Origin: Chrysomallon squamiferum
Taxonomy: Eukaryota; Animalia; Mollusca
DNA: 64,000 bases
Direction: 5' to 3'
Assembly: GCA_012295275.1 (NCBI GenBank)
Contig: CM022670.1
Span: 40,114,001 to 40,178,000, forward strand
Below, one piece after another: positions 40,520-56,153 of this stretch; the first letter of the stretch is position 1; each line of letters starts with the position of its first letter. The notes under the pieces were generated by a model. That model did not search any database, was not told where the DNA came from, and saw nothing but the letters and a program-made list of their open reading frames with translations. Position numbers and translations under genes: made by a program.

Positions 40520-43479
40520 TTTTCCATTCTTCTTTCTTTTCATCTGTTTATCTTCTTTTTCCGTTACATAGTTCTTCCTCCTTGAAATTATCCTTAAATT
40601 GATGATAATTAATCTTTTCACTTCATCATCAGTATCATATTGTCACCATCACTGAACCAGAATGCATGTATAATTATTGTATTCTCTGGTTCCGAAGATG
40701 TCGTGGTTCAAAGCTTTGCAATTTATCATACGTATCCAGTGACCATAAAACTGTTTGGCTGAATGTAAATGAGTTTAACTGGAACGGACAAGATGGTAAA
40801 CTCGCGTGTCTTTATGTCTGGCAATACACGCTTTGAGTGTGAACAGATGAAAGTGAAAATATTTACCCTCGGAGTCTGCTGGTAATTTACACTAACCTGA
40901 GACGGTTTTCGGCTGTTGTTTGAATACATTTGGTGTCTTTTATCACCTTTACAAAGGTTTTTTTGACACCATTTGTTTGTTCAGAGATACAGAATACGCC
41001 ATTATCAATCATTATCATCATCATTACCACAAAAGACAGCAGTTATTTCAAATGAGAGAGAAAATTCTAATGGTTATGCTGCTTTTTTACTTCATGAATG
41101 TTATAGTGAATGAAGCAAAATCACGATATAACAAACATTTATAAAAGTGGTCTTTGTTTTTAAACTTTTCAGTGTTCCAAAACTGTGATAAGCAGATCTA
41201 GATTGTTTATTTCACACGGTCCATTGTTTGATATGAAGTATAAGGTTTATATTTATAGCATAATGAAAATATTTAGTACAGGTGTATATATAAAATAACA
41301 GTGTTTTCCTACATGAAGCGTACCCTCCACGTGGTAGCAATCTGAATATGATGTCTGTTTTTTAAGAATTTGTTTTTCTTAATCCATTGATGGAGATGGT
41401 CAAGAAATCTTGCCGTGCAAAATAAGTAAATTATTAATTATAATTTGACTTGTTTTATGGAATGTATTAATGAATTTGACTGTATGGGTTTAGTACACGT
41501 TTTGAGCAGGTTATAATCGGGTCGAGGCAACAAAATATTCGATGACTGAAGTGAAAATAGAAAATAATAATGTAATATAATGAATGCGAAGACTTGTGAA
41601 TGAGTGTGTGTCTATCTGCTGTCGGTCGGTTGGTTGGTCTGTCTGTCTGTTTTTCTGTGTGCATGGATGAATATTTACATAAAACATTTACATAGAAATT
41701 GACTGTTTCAAAGAGTCTATAATTTACAAAAAAAAAACGGAGTCCAGATACGACTTCCGGTTTTTATCTCGGAAAGATTCGTCCTGAACCTCGAGTTGAG
41801 ATTTCACCTGTTTGTAGATTAGTCACTTGAGAGAGACAAGTAGTGTGTGTCTGTGTTGGTGTCAGAACGTTATCAGTACACGAGGATAGAAACATGGTAC
41901 GACTCTTCCGTCTGACAGATATATGAAAACAGATACGTCAGTGAGATATCAGTATTCCTTACACCGTCTGACTTCATTTTTGCTTCTGTTTTAAATGGAA
42001 TGTGTCCATCAAGCGAACAGTTCGATTACGCCGCAGTCATACACCAGTGGTGCAAGATAGATTTTGAATTAAATGTAGAACACGTTTGTAGGAATCGATA
42101 GTTTTTGAATTATAAAACCAAATTAAATAAATATTCTTTATGCATCGTATGCAGTTTGGAAATGACAATGCATCTAAAAAAGAATATTGTTTATAGTGTG
42201 AAAGCAATTTGAATTTGTGGAAAGTGGTGTTGTATAAATGTTGTTATCTGGATATTATATTTAAAAAAAAAAGAATAAAAATAAATTGCGCATCAACCTT
42301 TATTTGTAAGAGTAAATTTGGATCTGGAATTGAATCATGATGTGAATGTTATATCTGCAGAATCATCTATTGCGTAGGAATGTCATGGAAAATTACAAAA
42401 AAATAAAAATAATAATAAAGAGAAAATAAATGAAAAATTCTTAAAACGAGGAAAAGCTCAGGGTTTTTTCAGTATATGTTCATGTATATTTGCAGACGCT
42501 TTCATGCATTCAGAATATCCAAGCAAACATGCACAACACACACAAACACACACACACAGACGAACACATACAAAACTCACAAACTCACAGATGACAACGC
42601 TTCTTCTACAGTAACACTTTTTTTTTTTTTTTTTTTTTTTGACAGTGAATACCAACAACGTGTCAAAGAACATAAAAGATATTTATGAAATTTTCATATG
42701 GTATTCATTTTTGTTCAGAGGTCAGGAAAGGAATTCCCTAAAAACATTTTTTTTTTTTTTTTTCCGACATCGCTGATTTTGCACGTCTCAATCTGTTACC
42801 TTCGCCATCTTGAGTCAATCAGATTCTGAAATCGTGAAGCCAGCGACTCGTCGTTTGTTTCGTGTTCTCGAACAAAAGCTCTCTCTTCTGCAAAGTGCTG
42901 CTGCTGGCTTTTTGAGGATATAATAGATTACTGTTTAATGTCTTAGCTGAAAGGAAATGGAAAAAGCACAAATACGAAGCGCTCAAGTGAGATTTGTCCG
43001 CTAAGCAAAAAACAGGACCCACAGATTTCCTGTTCGGCGCCAAAACCAAGAAACTAAAGCTGAAAACGATTGCTTCAATTTGAAGTCTTTAAGTTCCGTT
43101 AGCTTCTGGGGAAAAATATTTTCATTATCTTGATTTTTGAAATAAAACGTACAGAACAATTTTAATCTTTCTTTCTTATTTTTATTTTTATTTATTTATT
43201 TATTTGTGATTTTTTCTGATTTTTTTTGATTTTTTTTTTTTTTTTTTTGGTAATTTTCATTTATATATATATATATATCTTTTTTCAGGCACAAGTAAAA
43301 TTACATCAACAACTTGCTTTACACAAAATTAATGTTCTAATCATCTTTGGAAAGCAATTTGTGGATTTTTTTTTTTCCACTGAGATAAAGATAAAATAGG
43401 TTCACCCAGTACTGCCCTGGAAATGGATTAATTTGGATGAGTGAACCAAGATTAATTCTTCGAAACTTTAAAAACAAAG

Positions 43480-43514
<35 letters not shown>

Positions 43515-44623
43515 TTATGCATAAACCATCGCTGGAATATAAAATGCTCCTTCAAAATGAACGCACGCATTGTATAAATAATACTCAATGAAAACTCTCC
43601 ACGTGGAACAGAAACTAATAAGACTTAAACGAAAAAAAACAAGCCAATAAAAAGTAACGAATTTTTTTTTTTTTTTTTTTTCTAATTAAAATAAAGGCGT
43701 TGAGTAATAAATATGGCGCCTGAGATGCACCACCAAACTGTCTCCAGTCACGTGCACCAAACACCCCGAAATCAGTCTGAAGTCACTCTGTCCGTCTCAA
43801 GCACTTCAGAACTCAATAAAGTCTCCAGTAATTATTTCGTTATTATTCATGACAAATGTACAGTTATTCACAAACGGAGGAACAAAAAGACGCGATGAAT
43901 AATGGACTGAGATGAAGAGGGTGTTTCCGTGTCTGCGTCTGATGAACTGGATGTTTGAACGAGGACGTCGTTTCAACTCGAGTGCGAAACTGCGGCTACT
44001 GTTTTGACAGATGGGAAAAATTCTGATAATGAGGCTTGTACAAGAAAAATTGCTTGAGCTAGTTCGCCGCGGATTTTATTGTCTTTTTCAATGGGTTTTG
44101 TCGTCAGCGACAGAAATTTAAAACGCCGTTGCTGCAATGGTTTCAATTGTTTGACTTGTTGAAGTAGTGAAAAGAAATGACAGATTTCCTTAAAGCGTTT
44201 TTCTTTTTTTTTTTTTTTTCTTCTTCTTGTTAATGCAGATACCAGTTTTGAAATAAAGGTTTTTTTGATAATGGTAACACTTAGGTCAGATTTATTTTAA
44301 AAATAATTTCGTTTAAGTGATTTTTATAAATGTATTTCTGTCAGAGATTTTGGCACGAAGTGAATGAAGCAATATGGATTCGTTTTAACAGATTTTTTTT
44401 TTTTTTTTTTTTTTAAATTTATGAAGAAATAAATAAAAAGAAGCAATTCGCATAAATCTAAAGGTTTAGACAAACCGATTGTAAATCGCTAGGGAAAATG
44501 TTATTTAAGATTCTTTCTTTTCTTTTTTTTTTTTTTTTCCAGTCAGCAGAAAGAGGAGAAATATACAGCTGGCTAAAGAAAATAAACACTGAACATATTT
44601 AAAATATACATTTCAACACTTTA

Positions 44624-44705
<82 letters not shown>

Positions 44706-46594
44706 TGTCGATCTTCCATATAAGGTATCGTTTGTCAGTTGTAATAATTTAAAATTATTCTAAAAATGTATAAATCATTAGGTTTGAAGCAAACAGACTT
44801 TTAAGTAGTAGAAGGAGCGCCGACAGTCGTTGTAGATGTGGTGATGTAGTGGTGGTCGTGGAATTAGCAGCAGTGATGTAGTAGTGGCAGTAGTAGGACT
44901 GTAGTGGTGCTGGTAGTAACTGTCGTAACCACAGCGACAGCAGCAGTAAATGTTGTTGTTTTTATTCAGTTGCTGTAACTGAAATATTGACAAAACTAGG
45001 TTACGTTTATAATCATCCAAAAAAAAACAAAAAAACATTCCAGTTACACAGACGCAAAATGAGTTTGGTTTCAAAAAACATGCACATAAAAAATAAAAAA
45101 TAATTAAAAAATAATAAAACATTTAAAAAAAAAAAAAAAATGTTATTTATGTTCTGTTACGTTGGAGGTCGAGATCTCGGGTTACTGACTTTTCAAATTA
45201 CGGCTGCGATGTTTATTACGTCAAAGAGCACGCGATGTCGTAAACTCCTAACACGTGCGAAACAAATTTAACTCTGATAGAATTAAAACCACGTTCACCC
45301 TGGGACCGCGCAAGTGGGTCAGAACTTTGAGAAGTGAACGAAATGTCAAGCGAGCTGAACTTTAGAAGACTTTTTATTCTTTCTGACGGTTTTTCTAATC
45401 ACTGCTGATATAGCTCGGCTACCATTTAATTATGTTTTATGTCAGAGATGAAGACAGGGCAAGAAAAATATACTTTGTCATGATACGCCCTTCCTATTTC
45501 CCGTCATCGCAAAGGCGGAAACTTTTTTTTTTTTCCTTACAAATCTTTGTTCAAGTAAAACTTGTTATTAGATTTACGTTTTAGTCGACAGAACGACGGA
45601 AACGACATTTTCATTGAACATAAGATTCCAGCGAATGTTTAGAAGTTCTGATAATGGTGCTGTTTTGGGTAAATTTAAAAATAATCACACCTGATATCTT
45701 AAAGATTTGCCAAGATTTGTTGGCACATACACACCTGTTTGCTTATATAACATACATACAGATACATACTTAAGTGTTTATGATATGCACCTACGCACAC
45801 ACACACACACACTCATGCACATGTACATACATTCATACAAAATCGTTAATACAATGAAAAATAAGTATTCCTCTTTACCTAACAAGATAACAAAGACTCA
45901 GAGGGGTGTTTCGTTTGGGACTTTCTCCAGGAATGGCGCTGCCATTGTCAAAGACTTTTCGGTGAAAACATGAAATTACTGAATGCGTTAAACCAACAGC
46001 TGTGTGTTTTAAACGAGGAGTTTAAACATGCTTGACCCCGCTAACAAATTCGTCACACATGCTTAAAGCGTGTCAGAGGAAATCTAACATGAATTGATTG
46101 CATGTGCCTCTCCCACTCGGGGTCCTTTGTCTAAACCCGAGTTCTATTTTTCACAGATTGGACAAATAATTACCTCCCATGAATTGGCGCCAAAGGTCAC
46201 GCTCGTTTTACGCGGGTCTGTTAGCACTGGAGGTGGCTGGGGGCGCGAAATTGAATAATAACGCAATGGCGAAATTGACACACGCAAATTTATGTCCACT
46301 TCTTTACCGGACGATAGGCAATCGGCTGTGAAATATTGTTAGAATATGATGATTATTCATGACCGGCGCTGGCGCTCAAAGACAAAAACGTTGTAAATTT
46401 AGAACAGAAAACACGACACAAGCGACGTTTTACAAGACGCAGGGACAGGCGCCTTTAAAATGTTTTATTCAATTCCGATGAGGTGCGCGTGAAGCGGGCG
46501 GGGGAAAATAAATTGAACAGAACTTCGGGGTTTCAGCTAATCATGTTCATTTATCAACTGTAAATTTGCCTTTGGTGTTTGCTGAAAACAACAT

Positions 46595-46625
<31 letters not shown>

Positions 46626-46935
46626 TTTAATAGATTATGTTAATATAGTCTTTAGTTGAATGAAAAGAATCGACTTTCTGTAAAAGTAAGCACTTCAGGC
46701 TGAGGTTTAATAAAATTTAATGATAGACATCGCCGCTTACGGCGTTTTCTGAAAGGAAATTACATTCATTTAGTAGCGTAATACACGATTTTACAGCATA
46801 AAAATTGTCAATTTGGGTTCTTTTAAAAGGAAATTTGAAAAAAAAAAAAAAAAAATAAAAAAAAAGAAATTTAAAAGTAATTTTTAAAAAAGAAGGAAAA
46901 TATTCTGTTTTATATTTTTACAACCGTCTCAATTC

Positions 46936-46971
<36 letters not shown>

Positions 46972-48343
46972 AAAAAAAAAAATGCGCACGCGCATGCACG
47001 TACACGCAAACAAACACGAAACGATTTAACAAGATATTTTCACAGTTATGAAGCGCGACACAAAGTAAGTGAAATTTCGGAAATTGATATATTTTTTATT
47101 TAAATCATTTATAACATAGGTAATATTATATCTCACGCTGTTGTTACGTACGTTGAAGTGAACTGCGACCAGTGTGAATACTTTCCACTAACTTGCCAGA
47201 CTGGTACATTGTAGACCTTTGTCTTCCTGTCAGCTTCTTCATATTTATGTCCAGCACGCTTTTATTAATTCATTCCACGGCTCAGTCTGAACGCTACAAT
47301 ATCATTTACATCCATTATTCCACGACAAACCATTGGATGACATGTTCATGAATACATCACCTATCAAGTCAGGCTCTAGGGCAGTAGTAAATTAAAGATG
47401 GACAAGTAACGTTCGTGAAACTGTACTGGAATTAAATGTTAAATTCCCGTTTCAGAAAACGGAAATCTCTCGCATGAAAGTTAATTAATTTTGTGGATAT
47501 TTTTGAATACATTTGCTTTCTTTATATATTCTGATGACGATGGTTTAGTGTTAGTCATCAGATGACACAAGCTTTACATTATAAATAAGCGCTTCACAAA
47601 AAAAAAAAAAACCCAAAACCCACGAAGTTAGTCTGGCCATTAGCCCTGTGTGTTAAATGCAAGATGATGTTAAATTGCATGGGCAAAAAAAAAAAAAATG
47701 TGTAAACGTCATCTTTCTAGATGTAGAGATTTGGCTCGCCCCTACATCGTGACATTGTTACGCGTGATATTCCGCAGTTAATCGCTCACTATACGTGATA
47801 TTCATCAGTCACGCCACGAAGGGACCAGAAACCTTCTGATGGTCATATCAGAACATCGCGTTCAGATACCATCAGCGCTTTTCCAGATTTCACTTCATCA
47901 GATTCTTGCTTCAGACCTCCAGTGACACTTTCCTCAACTGCGAGACAATAAAATTAAGTCTTTTTTTTTTTTTTTTTTTTTTAATTTTCCTTCTGCTTGC
48001 ATATACGTGACACAGACTGCCACAGTTTATAGTATATCGATCTCTCTGTTTCTTTTTTTCTAATTTTTTTTTTTTTTAAAAGAAGCAATCAGATTCGCCA
48101 TCAGTTAACGCTTTGAGAAGCCTCCATTTCTGCTGCAGGGAATCGCGTAGTTGGACTCTATCTCTCTCTTCTCTGTGATCCCGCCAATCTAGACATGACA
48201 GGTTTCCTCCAATTAAAACGATGTGAGGAAAATCCGCTTGATGGGTACGTCGTCAGCATGCGATACGTTGTTCAGCGTCCGCGCACTTACCGTTCTAATA
48301 GGAGGTTTAATTAGGAGGAACGCTCACGTTATGACTGGATGGC

Positions 48344-48367
48344 GGGGAGGGGAGGGCGGGGCGGGGC
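48344..48367 (+). other. G-quadruplex-forming / GC-box motif
   Basis: GGGG-A-GGGG-A-GGG-C-GGGG-C-GGGG has five G-tracts with 1-nt loops and includes GGGGCGGGGC. Confidence 0.55.
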
Positions 48368-48486
48368 AAGTTATCGAGCCTCGTTTTCTAAACTTTATTT
48401 GTAGGGTCTCGATAAAGAAGTAATCACCGAATCCGAATTGAGCTAGATTGAAAACATTATTTAAAGGGTCTAATTTTGTTTTCGTT

Positions 48487-48524
<38 letters not shown>

Positions 48525-49893
48525 GTTTTATTAATGAGTTGTTGAAAGAAATCAAAATGAATGAATGATTAAATAAATAAATAAATAACAATTAAAATAT
48601 ACCATATTAATAAATAAACTTCCGTTTCTACTATATGCACCATCTCAACAACACAACGCTATTGTTCTGTCTCTATCTCTGTCTTTCTTTACACCCTTTA
48701 TCCTACTTGGTTTTTTGACGAGTTTCTATTTTCTTGATACTGAAGTGTCTGTTAAACTCATAACACTTGTGTTTAACACGAAAAAAACAATAAATAATAG
48801 TCAAAATAAAAACACTTCAGTTGTCTGGCTTCATCTTCTCAAGCAGATATTTCTGTCTGAAACCAGACTAAATTCTAGAATTTCTTTTCTTTTTTAATTG
48901 GCACAGCAAAACACGGGGTTTGTTACTGCTACATTTTTGTAGCCATTTTAACCAATTATTTTGTCATCAGCAAATTTATATGTACGTGAAAATGCGCGAG
49001 CGCAAAAAAAAAACGCAGTCGCACGTACAAAAACACACAACAGACAGACACACACACACACATACATATGTACATACATACATACATACATACACAGCAG
49101 ATTTGGGTAATCGACATATTTTATTTATTTACTGTTTTACTTGTTTGGCTGTAGAGAATACCTCTTTCAAATCAACTTTATATATTTTAACAAATTATTA
49201 CCGACAAACTAATCCAACTATACCACGTAAAATAACATTATCATAACAAACATCCAATGTTAAGATTAAATTATAACCAGAACTTGAATACACACACACA
49301 CACACACACACACACAGACGCCCACACACAGTCACACACACACAATCACAACCAAACACTGCACAGTTATAACGAATTATCATTAGTGTAATGCATTTCT
49401 GTTTTCCTGGTCGTGTTCGTTTGTAACTGCCTGGCAAATGTTTCCATTTCTTTCCGTTATTTTTCTTTTGGTTGTATTGATCGAGTCCTGTACTCGCCAA
49501 CTAATCACCCGGGACCAGGAAGAAGCACGCCACTCGCCCGCTTTACGAGAGAGAGAGAGAGAGAAAGAAAGAGAAAGATTTATTTATCTGCAGCAAAAGT
49601 TAGAAATGTAATACAGCAGTGTTGAAGGTTTAGAAAATGTAAAATACATGATGGTGCTTGCTGAGATGATGTAGGATTGTGGGGGGGGGGAAGAAGAAGA
49701 AGAAGAAAAGAATTATATGCAGATCAAGGAATTTAGAAAAAGAAAAGATATATCATTGTGATGGACATGAAATGAAAAAAATAAAATTATTTTTTATAAA
49801 TAATAAATAAATAATGATGAATATGATGATGATCTTCATGTTGATGACAGTGATAAAAATAATGATTAGTAGTGATACCAACAACAGCAGAAA

Positions 49894-49957
<64 letters not shown>

Positions 49958-51682
49958 CATACATATAATTAAATAAATAAATAAGTATAGAGCGTGTTAT
50001 TATATATCACTTTAAAACAAAAATTTTAAAAATCTAAAAACTAAAACAGCGACTACGTGAACAACTCTGTGTCAGCCCGTCCTACATTTCAGCGCACGTG
50101 TATTTCAGCACAGCAGCACCGAGTTCGTACCGTGCATGTTTTCCAAACTGTCAAACTCGATACCCCCCTATCTGACAAACTTTAAATTTTATTTATCATT
50201 TTTTATTTTTTTTTATTTTTATTTATAAACTATGAGGGGCAGGCAACTCAACGAGCGTACGAAGCTGTGAACTGCAATTCGCTGGTTTGTCAGCGTACAC
50301 GAACGAACGACAGTTTAATCGATGTTTTATTGGTATCAGTTAAGCAGTAATACTCTTACACACGAGCTACCAATCTCGTTACTCTCCAGCGCTGAAAACC
50401 TCGAGTTCCATTTCTAATCAGTACCTCCACCAGCTGAAGAGTTCGATATGCAGGAACGGTAACTCGCGCTAAATTGGTAAAAATGATCGAGACTAACGAG
50501 CTGAGGTCACGGCAAGGTAGCGAATCAGCGTCAATTCATGGCAACGTGTACGCTCACTTGAGTATAGTTAGTCCCGAAATTGGTGATCTGATTTTTAAAT
50601 CGGCTCAATAATTGATCAACAGTTGATAATGATTTTTTTTTTTTTTTTTTTTTTTTTTGCTACGCAGTTTGGTGCAGGTATTTATTAAGATCAGAAAAGC
50701 ATTGAAGTTTTGAGTGAAACTTCGTTTATGTTACAAAATTAAATTTGCATCTAATTCACAGTTGTTTTAATACTGGTTTATTTTTATTTCAGTCTTTGAT
50801 GTGAAGATATTTCTTAAAACAGTTAACCATTAAAATAACTAATTCATTAAATAAATAAACAAATAAATCATCCATTTTCGTTAAAGATCCTTTAACCTAC
50901 TCTGACTCACTTCAAATTCGTCAGTCGACGTTTTGTCTGCGGCTACGAAACGACACGACCTCTGCGTTGTTAATGCTGATGCTGTCGAAGTGGCACTACG
51001 AGAGACGCATGTCGCAAACAGCGTTCACAAACACGTGCTGGAAGAAATAACTTGAGTGTGGTTTCGAAATAAATCTAAATCACTGCAATTTTAGTGTTCC
51101 GGGTTGAGAGGTGCCCCAGTTCACACACAGAGAGAGAGAGCAGCCCATTCCAATTCATCTGCAATGCAAAAACACCAATAAACTGGATCTGAGAACATCA
51201 CTCGGCTTTTTGCGAGAGATGATCGTAACGGCAATTTCCATTCCTTCTACAATTAACGTATTAGTGGCCGTCACTTCCACACTGCATTATTGCTGTATTA
51301 TTCTAGCCACTTTTCTTGTCCGCGATTTTTAACCGCAGAGCTGTTTCTGGTCTTGTGACTTTTTGTTTTTTGCTGTGTTATATCACTTCGTGGTACGCGA
51401 GTGCATACGACTGGGAATTATGATTTTTTTTTTTTTTTTTTTTTTTTTCTGAAATGATTTCTAAACTTCGTCACGTTACTTTTTTTTTTTATCTCTGTTT
51501 TTCTTTAACACACGTCGTCGTCATCATCCTTTTAATCATCATTGTCATCATCATCTTCTTCTTTATCATCATTATACTGATTATTATTATTATTATTATC
51601 ATCAACGTCATCATCATCATCATCATCATTATTATTATAATATTATTATTATTAATTATTAATTATTATTATTATTAAATCA

Positions 51683-51732
<50 letters not shown>

Positions 51733-52099
51733 GTGTTTTTTTCTTCCACGATGTCTTTATATCTTTATCTACATACTATGTGCGTTTCTTTTTATTCATG
51801 CATGTTATACACGTGTTTAGGTGTGCGTGTACGCGTGCGTTTGTTTCATGGTAGCAGCTTAGTTCTAACGATGTCAGAAACACCATTTAATAATCCTCTC
51901 ATAATAACTGCTCAGTAATAATTTTACATTTATAGCTGAAAACACCCAATTTTTTTTTTTTTTCACGCTATTACACATTTCAAAATTGCATCATAAAAAG
52001 TTCGGTGCTGTTCAACAAGGTTTTAGGAAATAATCCTCATGTCAAATTAAAATAAATTTACATTAATACACGATGTTCTTGTCAGATAAAATATCCCCT

Positions 52100-52572
52100 T
52101 GATGGTCTTGCCAAAATAAGCCTGGATATTGCATTTTTGATTTTTTTTTTCTAGTTCTCATATTAAATCATAGACGTACTTCAAGCGTTCTAGACAGAAT
52201 AATCCAGAATACAGATTTTTTTTTTTTTTTTTTTTTCTAACTTATTTTAAAATCATAGACATACTCGAAGTTAATTTACCAGAATAACCCAGAATATAGA
52301 TTTTTTTTTTTTTTTTTTTTTTACTTTCTATCTCATATTAAAATCATAGACATACTCGAAGTTTTTTTGCCAGAATAACCCAGAATATAGAGTGGTTCAT
52401 TTTTTTTTTTTTTTTTTTTTTTTTTTTCTGACTCATTTTACAATCATAGACATACTCGAAGGTTTTTTTCTTGGCAAAATAACCCAGAATATAGATTTTT
52501 CTTCATTTTTTTTTTTCTTTTTTTTTCTATCTCATATTAAAATCATAGACGTACTTGAAGCGTTCTGTCTAT
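52100..52572. repeat. Tandem repeat, ~85-100-bp unit with variable poly-T spacer
   Basis: About five copies of tctcatattaaaatcatagac(a/g)tact(c/t)gaag...cagaataacccagaatataga-(T)n. Confidence 0.88.
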
Positions 52573-53118
52573 AAAACATGTGATTACTGCACTTGAGACA
52601 CTCTACAAATAGTGGAATCTGACTGGAGGTAAGGTGTTTATTGTGTTAAGCGGATCTATGTTGTTGCAGAATCCCAGAGCGAGGCTCGGAGTCCTAGCGC
52701 AACAAGTTAGGGACGTGTGCAGAGTTGATTAGCTGTGCAAATGGCGGTAAGATTTAATTTCACGTCAGTTACAGGCGAAACGTGACCTGAATTTTCAAAA
52801 AACGTGGTCACCCAGGTGATGGTGACGAGAAGAAGAAGAAGACGATGACGATTTGTTTGTTTTGCGCAGTGGTTTGATTCATCAGAGAAACATACTTACG
52901 TATATTTTGTACTGTTCTGTTGGTTGTTTATCTTATATGGTATAAATTATGATTTTTTAAATTTAAACAAAAATTAAAAGAAGAGGTAGATAAAGTGATA
53001 AGGACCCTAAATGAAACATGTACATATAACCATTACACGTTTATTTTCAGTTGAATCTTCCACTTGTTCTAGTACTACCTTTCTGCCTTCTGATCTGTCG
53101 CTTTCTCTGAATTTATTC

Positions 53119-53200
<82 letters not shown>

Positions 53201-54709
53201 GAGTGTTTTTATTTAGTTAGTTTTTATTTTATTTTATTTTATTTTTGTAATTGTTGTTGTCGTTCTTTGACAATCTATAAAACTCTGTTTTTATTTCTTT
53301 CTCGCTTAACAAATAATTTACTCGGAAAATAAATTGTGTTCATATCCTTCCACGAACTAAATATTTTTCATTGCTAAAGAAAGGTTAAGACCAGTGTTTA
53401 CTTTTTCAATGAAATCGCCTTCCGCTGCAGTATATCTAAAGCCTCGTTACAACTGTATGACTCTCTGTAACATTTTAAAACATATACTGCACAATAATAA
53501 AAAAAAATCTTTACTCATTTATTTCCAAACATATGAAAAATAATTCCTATTTACTAATTACGTCTAGTATCGTCTTAAGGCGTGTACACACTTCTTTGTA
53601 GCCCAGGAAACCAGGTACACGCGTATGTGGTTCATGTATGCTATATCTTGGTGTAAATTATATTTTGTGGGTTGTGTTTGTAGGGGGCCTATAAATTCCG
53701 TTGAGATGGCCCTGATACCAGCTGCTTCATTATCATGACATCTCAACAACGTAATTAACTGTTATTAAAAATCACAAGGTATGAACGCGGCTTTAGAGGG
53801 TGAAAAAAAAAAAAATAATAATAATAATTCACGTAAATACGGATCTGTATTACGAAAATATATGGTTCGATCTTGTATCAATAAAAGTGATTGATTCGCT
53901 TTCATGGGACTATTTAACACGGAGAATCGATGCCGAATCTGTCTTTGCCTGCACGAACACGCACCATTCAACTTACAACGAAGAAGCATTAGCAGCTATA
54001 AACTGTTTTATGACCCGGTAATCGATTAAAACATGATACTTAAATCAGACCCGTTATTCCACGAGAAATTCAAGGTGGGAGAGAATTCATTACCTGGACA
54101 TACGTCTGGAAAAAAACAACCCCTACGCCTCGTTGCTCCTGTTAATTTAATTCAACTTACTCTCTGCTAAATTGCAGAAATGAATCATTTGCGTTATTAG
54201 ATTTTAAGCGAAACGTAAATTGTCGCTAATATAATTCAGTAACGTCGCGCGGTTTTATTGCTTTTTGAAAAGACCCGAAAGGCAGGACAGGACGACTGCG
54301 TTTGAATAACCAGATAATGGCCTAATAAATATTTATCGTGGGACATTGGTTGGAACGGTATATAGACTTAAGGTTTAAGCTACATGCAGTTGGATTAATC
54401 ACATGACCAATTACGTTACAAGCCATTGCGGTAAACAAACACAGACACAATTCACTCAGTACTTCAGTTTTTTTTTTTTTAGCTGCAACATCCAGGACTA
54501 TCTAAAGTTTAACAGTGAAAACTTCAGTACTAGTCTGTCAACGAGTAGTATTTTCAGTTGTCACATTTCTGTCATCGATACGTCATGAACCGAGGCATCA
54601 ATCAGCAGTTTTATATTTTTTAAAAACCAGAAGCTACACGTGTCCATAGTCATCACTCAGTAACCAAAAAGACCACCATAATATCTGTATCTATCTGTAT
54701 AAATATAAA

Positions 54710-54710
54710 T

Positions 54711-54759
<49 letters not shown>
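54710..54759. repeat. (GATA)n microsatellite
   Basis: Direct reading. Confidence 0.93.
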
Positions 54760-55496
54760 CAGACAAATATTATAGTGGTCATATATATATATATATATGG
54801 GTGTATATAGATTTTCGGTTTTTCGTGTTTAAAATATTCATGGATTCAAAAATAGAAACTCCAAATAAACTTAATAACAGTTCCACAAATTAAAAGTAAT
54901 GTTTATAAATCTAAATCCCATTCTATATTAAAATATTTATAAACTTTAATACAATCAAAAGAGGGTAAGTCTCAGCTTTAAGCATGACAGTAGGACACAG
55001 GGATGCGTACTCAAACATTAACTGTTTAATATGACTCGCAGAAAATGCTAAAAGAAACTTTGTTGTGCCAACAGAGTTGATAAAACAACAAAACTGCGAG
55101 TACAGACCTCAAACACCAAATCATTAAATTCTGAGTCATTATTTTACCATTAACCAATTTCTGCCAGTCAGGGCAGGCCTTGATTCTCGTATGATTGTAT
55201 ACTACGTACGTAAATTATTTGTTTTTATGTCACTGGGGCAGACAACGTATCACGTTTATTTAATAGCTGGACTATTATGTGTATTAGGGAGGCGCCTGTC
55301 CAGTATATAATAGTGTATTATCAAATATAATTACTTAGGGGTTTGCGTATGAAGCTTTATTAACTCAGTTATGTCTCTGGTGTAGAAGAAGTGTATTTCT
55401 GATTGAAATTTAAGTATTACTCAATATAAAATTAATCTTTATGTTCTGAAACGAGGAATGGTTCTTTAAAAACAAAATGGCGAAACGAATAAACAG

Positions 55497-55547
<51 letters not shown>

Positions 55548-56153
55548 TTAATAATAATAATTATAATAATAATAATAGTAACAACAACAACAACAATAAT
55601 AATAAAATACGACAAACGAAACAGACAAACAAACAAACAGACAGCCAGACAAATAAATAAATAAAATAAATAAATAAGACATTCAGAAATGCTAATATTT
55701 GCACTATGTCGTAATGACGTTATCTACATCTGTGTATTTAGAGTATGGCCACTGCTTTATGACAAAACGTCTGACAAAAACTGTGGTATGTGCTTTCATG
55801 TCCACGAGAAAATACACACAGAACACTGAATGCTTCTAACAGACAGGAGAGGTGACAGAGGGTTTCCACTCTCGTGTCATAGGTCAAATAAAACTTTACA
55901 TTTGGTTAGTACCGAACGATTAAAAAAAAAAAAAAAAAAGAAAAAAACAGACTCCAGTAATGTATTCAAATATTTATTCTTTCATTCAATCTTTTTTTTC
56001 CTTTTCATTCATTATCTTAGAACATAAATATAGGTTATCCTATCGAAAAATCCTATTCATCACTTACACAGGGAATTTTCCATCAGATTTCATCGTATTC
56101 AGATATTTATTTCACGTGTGTTTTATTAAAAATTTTGGTTTTATTTTTTTCAG

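Noticed and set aside
43289-43294. Possible 6-nt micro-exon (cag|GCACAA|gtaaaa) after a long T-rich tract
   Set aside because: The donor is weak and such matches are expected by chance.
47046-47064. cag|19 nt|gtaagt exon-like segment
   Set aside because: The length is not a multiple of three and would frameshift the receptor gene; the pyrimidine tract is short.
47837-47877. Hairpin CTGATGGT...ACCATCAG as a pre-miRNA
   Set aside because: It is only about 40 nt, and I recognised no conserved miRNA mature sequence.
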